Notes under the pieces: model-generated
Seen by the model: only the letters and a program-made list of their open reading frames with translations
Told to the model about the DNA's origin: nothing
Database searches by the model: none
Source of the DNA: Candidatus Copromonas faecavium (nom. illeg.)
GTDB taxonomy: Bacteria > Bacillota > Clostridia > Lachnospirales > Lachnospiraceae
DNA: 64,000 bases
Reading direction: 5' to 3'
Assembly (NCBI GenBank): GCA_018712915.1
Contig: DVGC01000027.1
Location: forward strand, 33,928 to 97,927
Shown: in pieces, positions 18,026-25,514 of the stretch
Position numbering within the stretch: position 1 is the first letter of the stretch
How the letters are laid out: each line of letters opens with the position of its first letter
Position numbers and translations under genes: made by a program

Positions 18026-19228
18026 ATGCTTCCGATACTGTTTTTCATTTTAAAGATTTTGGGAATCATCCTTCTGGTACTTATTTGCCTTGTGCTTTTT
18101 CTCTGCCTCGTGATTCTTCTGGTACCATTTCGGTACCGGGCGGATCTGCAGAAGGAAGAGCGTCCTAAGGGTGAGCTTCTTTTATCCTGGCTGTTTCATG
18201 GAGTCAGCCTGAAACTTTGTTACGACGAAACGGCTCAGATTCAGGGAAAGGTTTTATGGTTTTCTGTTTTTAAGAAGCAGCTATGGCCGCCGGAAGGAGA
18301 ATCTGAGGAAGAACCGGCAGAAAGCACGGAAGGCGAGTCAGGTCCTGCAGAAACGATGATGCAAACGGAATCCCTGTCACAGTCCCGCGAAACATCAGGG
18401 CAGGGACAGGGAAAAGCAGAAGAAAGCATGCGGGAGCCGGCAGACTCTGAGACCCAAAGGGCCTGGCAGGCAGAAGGAAAGCAGACGGAGTACGGAGGGG
18501 AAGGAGCTGTTCGGGAAGGTGTCAGACCGGAAAAAGATGAACTGACAGAATCTGGATCAGTAGAGTTTGAACCGGCTCAGACAGGGCCAAAAGAACCGGA
18601 AATTCATGCGGTGGATCTTTCTTCCGGACGTGAAAAAGAGAGGCCGGACTTTGAAGAGCCGTTTTCTGATGAGGACAGGTCCGGAGATTATAAGCAGCAG
18701 GAAGATGAAAATAGTAACAATAAGACAGAAGAGCGGCAGAAAACTTCCCGTGGAAATGGGCGGTTTTCCCGTGTGCAGACGGCTGTCCGGCGGTTTTTTC
18801 AAAGAATCACCGGCATTCCGGACAGAATTCGCCGTCTTTTTAAAGAATTCAGGAATAGGATGAAAAGCGGACGGGCATTCTTTGAAAAAGCAAAGAATTT
18901 CCTGGAAAAGGAAGAAAATCAGGAAACCTTCCGGCTTATCGTTTCCAGCGGAAAGAAACTTCTGCGGCACGTCCTGCCCCGGAAATTAAAGGGAAGGGTC
19001 CATTTTGGATTCTCTGATCCATACCGCACCGGACAGCTCCTGACAGCGGTCAGTCCCTTTTACGGATTGTATGCGAAGGATCTGGAACTGGTTCCGGATT
19101 TTGAGCATGAGGTGCTGGAAGGAGAACTGCATATCAAAGGCAGAATCCGGCTGGGAGCCTTTGTATGGACAGGAATCCGGCTTTTCAGGAACCGGAATTT
19201 CCGAAGGCTTTTGAAAAAATATCTGTAA
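18026..19228 (+). CDS. YtfI-like sporulation membrane protein (DUF2953-like) with a long acidic low-complexity insert
   Basis: It has an N-terminal TM and a C-terminal FGFSDPYRTGQLL...HIKGRIRLG that resembles DUF2953. It sits directly upstream of ytfJ, as in Bacillus. Confidence 0.55.
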   Translation: MLPILFFILKILGIILLVLICLVLFLCLVILLVPFRYRADLQKEERPKGELLLSWLFHGVSLKLCYDETAQIQGKVLWFSVFKKQLWPPEGESEEEPAESTEGESGPAETMMQTESLSQSRETSGQGQGKAEESMREPADSETQRAWQAEGKQTEYGGEGAVREGVRPEKDELTESGSVEFEPAQTGPKEPEIHAVDLSSGREKERPDFEEPFSDEDRSGDYKQQEDENSNNKTEERQKTSRGNGRFSRVQTAVRRFFQRITGIPDRIRRLFKEFRNRMKSGRAFFEKAKNFLEKEENQETFRLIVSSGKKLLRHVLPRKLKGRVHFGFSDPYRTGQLLTAVSPFYGLYAKDLELVPDFEHEVLEGELHIKGRIRLGAFVWTGIRLFRNRNFRRLLKKYL

Positions 19229-19278
19229 CATCATAATTCCAGGAAACAAGAGAGAAGAACCAACGAGGAGGAAAGGAT

Positions 19279-19692
19279 ATGGCAGAGAATCAGTTCCCAT
19301 CGACCGTAGAGGCACTGTTTAAGGGAATGGAGCATTTTGTTACCACAAAAACCGTGGTGGGAGAGGCAGTGAAAGTGGACGAACATACCATTATCATCCC
19401 TCTGGTGGATGTGACATGCGGGATGGCGGCTGGATCCTTCGCCCAATCCTCAAAGACCAACGGGGGCGGCGGAATGAGCGCCAAAATGAGTCCCAGCGCC
19501 GTTTTAATCCTTCAGGATGGGATGACGAAGCTGGTGAACATCAAACATCAGGATGCCGTGACCAAAGTGCTGGATATGGTCCCTGATTTTGTGAACCGGT
19601 TTGTGGCCGGAAAGGATGTATCGGCAGACTCCGTAGAAAAAGCAGAGGACATTGCTGCTGCGTATTCGGAGGAGTCTCAGAATAAAAATTAA
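19279..19692 (+). CDS. ytfJ: Sporulation protein YtfJ (GerW family)
   Basis: The sequence VVGEAVKVDEHTIIIPL...GGGGGM...SPSAVLIL is the characteristic YtfJ/GerW pattern. Confidence 0.85.
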   Translation: MAENQFPSTVEALFKGMEHFVTTKTVVGEAVKVDEHTIIIPLVDVTCGMAAGSFAQSSKTNGGGGMSAKMSPSAVLILQDGMTKLVNIKHQDAVTKVLDMVPDFVNRFVAGKDVSADSVEKAEDIAAAYSEESQNKN

Positions 19693-19762
19693 AAGAACTG
19701 TCCTAGAAAAGAGACGGGGCCGCATATGATGTATCATAGCCTTACGATTTAAGGAGAATGGC

Positions 19763-19903
19763 ATGAAACGCTTATGCGGCCTTATGATTTTCTGCATCGG
19801 CGCGGGAATGGTCTGCACCCTGATTTTTCCCAAATCGTTTTTTATGGTGCTCCTGGCGGTCGCATGTCTGATTCTGGGATATAATCTGTTCTGCAGCGGC
19901 TGA
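19763..19903 (+). CDS. Small hydrophobic ORF (46 aa), below the ORF-track size cutoff
   Basis: An AAGGAGA RBS lies 5 nt upstream of the ATG. The peptide MKRLCGLMIFCIGAGMVCTLIFPKSFFMVLLAVACLILGYNLFCSG has two hydrophobic helices. A terminator follows. Confidence 0.4.
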   Translation: MKRLCGLMIFCIGAGMVCTLIFPKSFFMVLLAVACLILGYNLFCSG

Positions 19904-19913
19904 AGCCGAACGT

Positions 19914-19966
19914 AAAAAGGCATCTCTTTTTCCCTTTTGCGAGGGAAAGGAGATGCCTTGCTTTTT
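19914..19966. terminator. Bidirectional rho-independent terminator between the small ORF (+) and rpmB (-)
   Basis: A 17-bp stem (AAGGCATCTC..CCC / GGGAAAGGAGATGCCTT) is flanked by an A5 run on the left and a T5 run on the right. Confidence 0.75.
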
Positions 19967-19987
19967 CGCAATCATGTAACGGAGGTA

Positions 19988-20173
19988 TTAAGCTCTCTCT
20001 ACGAGACCGGATCTTAAGCAGGATGTGCAAACATACATTTTGCGGGCTCCGCCGTTTACCTTAACCTTTACAGACTTTACGTTGGCGTTCCAGATTCTGT
20101 TGGACCTTCTATGGGAATGGCTGACTCCATTACCAAAGTGAGCAGCTTTCTGACAAATAGCACATTTAGCCAT
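19988..20173 (-). CDS. rpmB: 50S ribosomal protein L28
   Basis: MAKCAICQKAAHFGNGVSHSHRRSNRIWNANV is a canonical L28 sequence. Confidence 0.95.
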   Translation of the reverse strand: MAKCAICQKAAHFGNGVSHSHRRSNRIWNANVKSVKVKVNGGARKMYVCTSCLRSGLVERA

Positions 20174-20227
20174 GATTCCACCTCCTTAACATTCATTGGA
20201 TCTGATAAAAAAATCCATAACATAGGT

Positions 20228-20256
20228 ATCATAGCAGAAACCGTCATATTTTGCAA
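20228..20256 (-). promoter_or_regulatory. Sigma-A type promoter candidate for rpmB
   Basis: On the minus strand the -35 element is TTGCAA, the spacer is 17 nt and the -10 element is TATGAT. Confidence 0.5.
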
Positions 20257-20460
20257 GCACATTTTGCATTTTCTGTAAATTTTCCATTTTGTGCGATCTG
20301 CAGATTTTCTTCTGATACCGATAAACCTTTGATGCTTCCCGCACAGCCGTTCCTCTTTCCGGTCCGCCCCGGGTGTTCTGATTCGGCCCCTGCCCCTGCC
20401 GGAGCCGCAGAATGAGCGATTTGCAGCTTCGATTCCCGGCATATCCGCCGGCGGAACTGG

Positions 20461-20949
20461 CTAGACTTTTAATTTGCCGATATTATATCCGGTAATTTCC
20501 TTGCCGCTGACGGTTTTGACAAAATCCAGTCTGGATTTGTTATAGCTTAAGTAAAGTTTGTCCTTGGGAGGCCATTTCAACATCATATTAAACCGTTCCT
20601 GATCGTCCATGGGATCCTTGGAAAAATAAATATAAACCGTACCGGTTTTGGCCGGATTTCCTTTGTTAAAAACCTTGGAACCGGCAATTCCCACTTCGGA
20701 CAGTTCTTCCCAGCTTATCTGATGAGTGATTTTTCCAAACAGACGGCGGGTGATTCCTGTCTGCCCCACAGAGAGCCTGGCTCCCGCGTCCAGCGTCATT
20801 TTAAGAAAGACCAGCGTGATTACTGCAAATACAAGGGCAGAAAGATACCGCCCAAGTATGATACAGATGACGGCAATGGCGGCTGAGCCGGCAGCCGTGG
20901 CAGCAGAAACAGCAAATTCCCGGGGACTGACAAAATACGTTTGTTCCAT
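20461..20949 (-). CDS. Hypothetical membrane protein (two N-terminal TM segments plus a soluble domain)
   Basis: A hydrophobic N-terminus is followed by a PH-like soluble region. I did not recognise a family. Confidence 0.5.
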   Translation of the reverse strand: MEQTYFVSPREFAVSAATAAGSAAIAVICIILGRYLSALVFAVITLVFLKMTLDAGARLSVGQTGITRRLFGKITHQISWEELSEVGIAGSKVFNKGNPAKTGTVYIYFSKDPMDDQERFNMMLKWPPKDKLYLSYNKSRLDFVKTVSGKEITGYNIGKLKV

Positions 20950-20961
20950 TGATGTAGCTCC

Positions 20962-21687
20962 TTATACGAAAGTTTCAGATGCTCCCTGATAATACGGACA
21001 TCTGGTTTTCAGACACTGCTGGTTCTCGTGAGAAAAATCGCAGCGGATGGCATCGGGAAGTTCCATTTCGATCCCGAAGGTTTCTTTTACAAAGGCAGCC
21101 GCCTCTTTTACGGCCGTGAAAGAATTGCGCTTGCAGCAGCGCGGGCCTCCCAGGGCTCCGATGGCCGCCAGGGCTCTGGCCGTCGCCTGGTTGGCGCAGC
21201 CCCAGGATTTTCCTGTTAAAGGCGTTGCTTTTGTGAAGATGCTGATAAACATTCCCACGCTGACGGCTGCGCCGCAGCAGCCCCATAATCCGCAGGAACC
21301 GCCGGGATAGCGGCTTCCGCGTTCCTTCATTTCTTCCAGGGCGGCGGGAAAATCCATAGCCGCGCCGCAGTTATGGCAGGCCGTCAACAGAGCGGCTCCT
21401 ACCAAAATATGATGTTCCGGCCCGTGCATATAAATATAAGGATCCTCCATCAGCTGCTGCATGATGGCAATGGGATTTTTTGAGCTGCTTTGCCTGCAGC
21501 CGTCAAGAATGACCTGGATCCCTTTCTTTTCATGACACTGGTCACAGACGTAATGTCCGTTTTTACAGCTGGAATAAGCATGAAAAGTCTTATGACAGAT
21601 CTGACATTCCAGCTCTTTTGCTTCTTCAAAATAGATCAGCGGTTCGCCGCAGACGAGACAGGCACCTTCTCCTCTGGTCATAATCAT
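20962..21687 (-). CDS. Cysteine-rich protein, DUF5714-like / C_GCAxxG_C_C-like putative redox or metal-binding protein
   Basis: The N-terminus has a CxxC...CxxC...CxxC zinc-ribbon-like region. Later motifs are GSCGLWGCCGAAVS and CCKRN. An AAAGGAGA RBS precedes the ATG at 21687. Confidence 0.55.
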   Translation of the reverse strand: MIMTRGEGACLVCGEPLIYFEEAKELECQICHKTFHAYSSCKNGHYVCDQCHEKKGIQVILDGCRQSSSKNPIAIMQQLMEDPYIYMHGPEHHILVGAALLTACHNCGAAMDFPAALEEMKERGSRYPGGSCGLWGCCGAAVSVGMFISIFTKATPLTGKSWGCANQATARALAAIGALGGPRCCKRNSFTAVKEAAAFVKETFGIEMELPDAIRCDFSHENQQCLKTRCPYYQGASETFV

Positions 21688-21942
21688 GTTCTCCTTTTCG
21701 TTTCCTGCGCTCTTTCCGGATGCAATACCCCATGTATGTATCATATTATTCTGCCAATACCCCATGCACGTATCTATCATATAGATACATCTGATATGTA
21801 CCCATTGTACCATGTCCGAAAGGCGCAGAAGATTCATGCGCAGGGACCGTCAATGAACAAGGTTTCCCCCTATTTTAAATCCCTGCCGCCTTATCATATT
21901 CTAGCACAAACGGGAAGATTGGCAAGAGATTTCGGCGTGGCA

Positions 21943-22757
21943 TCAGGCAGATTCATTTTTTCCTGTCAGCAGCAGAATGCACGATACGAAAACCAGGATT
22001 GCACAGGTGAACAAAAGGAGCATGGTTTGCGGCAGTCCGGCAGCGGGGCTTTCTGCAGAAATAACATAGGTAAAAAGAGCCGATGAATCGGGAGCGGAAC
22101 TGACGGAAACAATGGAGGTTCCGGAAACGAAAAGATTCCAGAAAGAATGAACCAGGACCGCGTTCCAGACGGAACCGGTCTGCAGCGTCAGGATCGTAAG
22201 AAGACAGCCGATACAAAGATAAAGAGCGAACTGAAACATAAAAAGCAAAAGATTCATTCCTGGACGGAAATGTCCGAACGCGAATAAAATGGAGGGAAGC
22301 CATAAGGCATGCTTTGTTCCCCAGCGCTGTTCAGAAAGTTTTGCAAGATATCCCCGAAACATCATTTCTTCCACAATACCGCTGCAAAATCCGGAATAAA
22401 AAATAGCGCGAAATACCGGACCTAAAACATGTGCGGCGGGATTCTGATGGATGCTCCAGTGACCTTGGCTGAATCCGGTTTCCACCAAAAAAAGAGGACA
22501 GGAAGAAGCACTGCAGTCATGATGCCTTTCGTGTGCAGAGAGAAAGGGAGAATTCTGCAGTCTGTAAGCGTCAGCTTCCAGGAACCGGCCAGCCGGCGGA
22601 TCAGCAGACAGGTCAGGAAAGAAAAAAGAACAAATCGAAGCAGATATCCCATGGGAGGCCATATCTTTCCGATTCCTTCTAAAAGCATTCCCAAAAGATA
22701 AAACAGGACGGCAGCCCGGACAGATGCCAGAATTACAGCTGATGCGGATGGTTTCAT
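21943..22757 (-). pseudogene. CPBP (CAAX/Abi) family intramembrane protease, split by a frameshift in a homopolymer
   Basis: The N-terminal TM part sits in the frame of ORF 22422..22853 and starts at 22757 behind an AAGGAGA RBS. The catalytic part (EEMMFRGYL, FAFGHF, HSFWN) sits in the frame of ORF 21943..22836. One extra T in the T7 run (A7 on the + strand, 22487-22493) would fuse the two frames. Confidence 0.6.
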
Positions 22758-23011
22758 TAAGAATCTCCTTTGTCTGGCGTCTCTTTTTGCATGATTCAGG
22801 AGCTGATTGGCGTCGCATGAAGGAGACGCAGAACAATAAAAATAATAAATCATTCTCTTCTAAAAAAGGACTCTGTTTTCAGTATAGCACGAGACATGAA
22901 AGTTGTAAATTGTCTCGGAAAGAAGTACCTGAAAGCTTGGAAAGAAGTGCTTGAAGGTCTGTCTGAAGGTTTCCGCAGGAGAGCATCTGCAGGATTTTCC
23001 CCTGATATCAA

Positions 23012-23040
23012 TGGACAGAAAATATCCCGTATGTTATAAT
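23012..23040 (+). promoter_or_regulatory. Sigma-A type promoter candidate with an extended -10 element, upstream of asp23/yloV
   Basis: The -35 element is TGGACA, the spacer is 17 nt and the extended -10 element is TGTTATAAT. This would give a leader of about 205 nt. Confidence 0.55.
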
Positions 23041-23251
23041 GAGCGAAAGTGGATCTGCAGTGACTGTCCATGGATGGCGGAGGGCAGACAGCGATTGCAG
23101 GCTGTGCCTGTGTTATCATGGGAAGAAATGGTTATGATATTTACACAAGAGGAAAAACAGCTGCTCCCGGCAGGCATGGCGGGAATTAATTGATGCATGT
23201 CTGCAAAGGAGCAAAGGCGGCAGCGGAATCAGATAGAAACGGAGGCAATAT

Positions 23252-23608
23252 ATGAAGGGTTGTATTAACAATAAGATGGGCCAGATTCAGATTGATACCG
23301 ACGTTATCGCATTGTATGCCGGCACAACGGCAGTTGAGTGTTTCGGAATTGTGGGAATGGCGGCGGTCAGCGTAAAAGACGGTCTGGTAAAACTCCTGAA
23401 AAGGGACAGCTTAACACATGGCATCAATGTGACAATTAATGACAATGCAATCAGTATCGACTTCCACGTTATTGTATCCTATGGCGTCAGCATTTCGACG
23501 GTTGCAGATAACCTGATTGAAAGTGTCAAATATAAAGTAGAAGAATTTACGGGCATGCCGGTAGAAAAAATCAACATTTTTGTTGAAGGCGTCCGTGTGA
23601 TAGATTAA
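23252..23608 (+). CDS. Asp23/Gls24 family envelope stress protein (YloU-like)
   Basis: The sequence is typical of Asp23 (IDTDVIALYAGTTAVECFGIVGM...) and the gene lies upstream of the DAK2 gene, as in Bacillus yloU-yloV. Confidence 0.9.
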   Translation: MKGCINNKMGQIQIDTDVIALYAGTTAVECFGIVGMAAVSVKDGLVKLLKRDSLTHGINVTINDNAISIDFHVIVSYGVSISTVADNLIESVKYKVEEFTGMPVEKINIFVEGVRVID

Positions 23609-23622
23609 GGAGGAAGTCACCC

Positions 23623-25413
23623 ATGGGATTAAAGTCGGTTGATGCCGAAGTGCTTAAAACGGTTGTTTTATCGGCCGCAAAAAATCTGGAGTCAAAAAAG
23701 GAATGGATCAATGAACTGAATGTGTTCCCCGTACCGGACGGTGATACGGGAACCAATATGACAATGACAATTATGGCGGCAGCCAATGAGGTGGCAGCGA
23801 TTCAAGACCCCACCATGGAGACCATTGCCAAGGCTCTGTCCTCCGGTTCCCTGCGCGGCGCAAGAGGTAATTCAGGCGTCATCCTCTCTCAGCTTTTCAG
23901 AGGCTTTGCAAAGGAAATCACATCGGCGGATATTATTACCGTGACGATTCTGGCCAACGCGTTTACCCGGGCGACGGATACTGCGTATAAGGCGGTCATG
24001 AAGCCGAAAGAGGGCACCATTCTTACGGTTGCCAGAGGAATGGCGGAAAAGGCAGCCGAGCTGGCTACCCAGACGGATGATATTCTGGAATTTCTGGAAC
24101 AGGTCATTGCCTGTGGAGATGAGGTCTTAAGCCAGACACCGGAAATGCTGCCGGTGTTAAAGCAGGCCGGTGTGGTGGATTCCGGCGGCCAGGGATTAAT
24201 GGAAGTGATGCGGGGCGGACTGGACGGCCTTCTGGGCCGGGGTATCCCCTTTGATGCAAACGTCAGTCAGGAAGCAAAAACGGCTGTCCGGCCGCCGGCT
24301 GCTGCCAAAAGCAGCGAGTTGGAGACGGCAGATATCCGTTTTGGATATTGTACTGAATTTATTATTAATATAGAAAAAGTCTTCGGCATGGACGAAGAGA
24401 TGAAGTTCAAAAATTTCCTGGAATCCATTGGAGACTCCATTGTGGTGGTATCGGACGATGATGTGGTAAAAGTCCATGTCCACACCAATCATCCCGGACA
24501 GGCCATTGAAAAGGCGCTGACCTATGGTTCTCTTTCCCGTCTGAAAATTGACAATATGCGGGAAGAGCATCATGAAAGGCTGATTCAGAATGCGCCGGGA
24601 TCTCAGGAGCTGGCAAAACCAGACGGAGCAAAGGCCGCAGGAGCCGGCGAACACTCAACCGGTACAACTGCAGGGCAGAATGGAACGGTCTCAAATCCCG
24701 TTTCAGACGGAAAGGCACCGTCTGCATCGGAAGAAGCGGAGCCGGCCGAACGTCTTCCTTACGGCTTTATTGCCGTGTCTGTCGGCGACGGACTGGCGGA
24801 GATTTTTAAGGGCATCGGTGCCAATTACCTGATTGAAGGCGGACAGACCATGAATCCCAGCACGGAGGATCTGCTGAACGCCATTGAGAAGGTGCCGGCG
24901 GATGTAATTTATATTCTTCCAAATAATAAAAACATTATCCTTGCTGCGGAACAGGCAAAGAGCCTGGTGGAAGATAAGAAGGTTTATGTGGTTCCTTCAA
25001 AGACGGTTCCCCAGGGTATCGCGGCGTTAATCAATTTCCTCCCGGATTTATCCCCGGAAGAAAATATGGAAAATATGACCGGAGAAATGGAGCGCATTCA
25101 TACAGGTCAGGTCACCTATGCGGTACGGAATACGTCTCTGGATGGTCTGGAAATCCATGAAGGGGATATCATGGGCATTGGAGACAAGGGGATTCTGACG
25201 GTCGGAACGGATATCGAACAGACGACGTTAGATACAATCCGAAAGATCATGCAGGATGAATGCGAGTTAATCAGCATCTATTACGGCGAGGATGTAACAA
25301 AAGAAGATGCAGAGAAACTGAAAAATCAGGTTCAGGAACTGTATCCGGACTGTGAAGTGGAGCTCAATGACGGCGGACAGCCGATTTATTACTATCTGCT
25401 TTCGGCAGAATAA
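23623..25413 (+). CDS. DAK2 domain-containing protein (YloV family)
   Basis: The Dak2 motif is PDGDTGTNM, followed by the DegV-like/YloV C-terminal domain. A low-complexity linker lies in the middle. Confidence 0.9.
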   Translation: MGLKSVDAEVLKTVVLSAAKNLESKKEWINELNVFPVPDGDTGTNMTMTIMAAANEVAAIQDPTMETIAKALSSGSLRGARGNSGVILSQLFRGFAKEITSADIITVTILANAFTRATDTAYKAVMKPKEGTILTVARGMAEKAAELATQTDDILEFLEQVIACGDEVLSQTPEMLPVLKQAGVVDSGGQGLMEVMRGGLDGLLGRGIPFDANVSQEAKTAVRPPAAAKSSELETADIRFGYCTEFIINIEKVFGMDEEMKFKNFLESIGDSIVVVSDDDVVKVHVHTNHPGQAIEKALTYGSLSRLKIDNMREEHHERLIQNAPGSQELAKPDGAKAAGAGEHSTGTTAGQNGTVSNPVSDGKAPSASEEAEPAERLPYGFIAVSVGDGLAEIFKGIGANYLIEGGQTMNPSTEDLLNAIEKVPADVIYILPNNKNIILAAEQAKSLVEDKKVYVVPSKTVPQGIAALINFLPDLSPEENMENMTGEMERIHTGQVTYAVRNTSLDGLEIHEGDIMGIGDKGILTVGTDIEQTTLDTIRKIMQDECELISIYYGEDVTKEDAEKLKNQVQELYPDCEVELNDGGQPIYYYLLSAE

Positions 25414-25426
25414 GGAACGTTTGAAA

Positions 25427-25467
25427 GACCGCTCCCAACGGCATGTTTGCCTGAGGGGGCGGCTTTT
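25427..25467 (+). terminator. Possible intrinsic terminator or attenuator after yloV
   Basis: An imperfect stem (GACCGCTCCC / GGGGGCGGC) is followed by TTTT. Confidence 0.4.
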
Positions 25468-25514
25468 CCGGATTGGACAGATTCTGACGATATTTGAAAA
25501 GAAAGGGGATGAAT

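Noticed and set aside
22480-22500. Programmed -1 ribosomal frameshift at the T7 run of the CPBP gene
   Set aside because: In the zero frame the run reads CTC TTT TTT TGG, which does not give a canonical X XXY YYZ slippery heptamer with re-pairing of both tRNAs. No downstream pseudoknot or hairpin is evident. An indel or phase variation is the simpler explanation.
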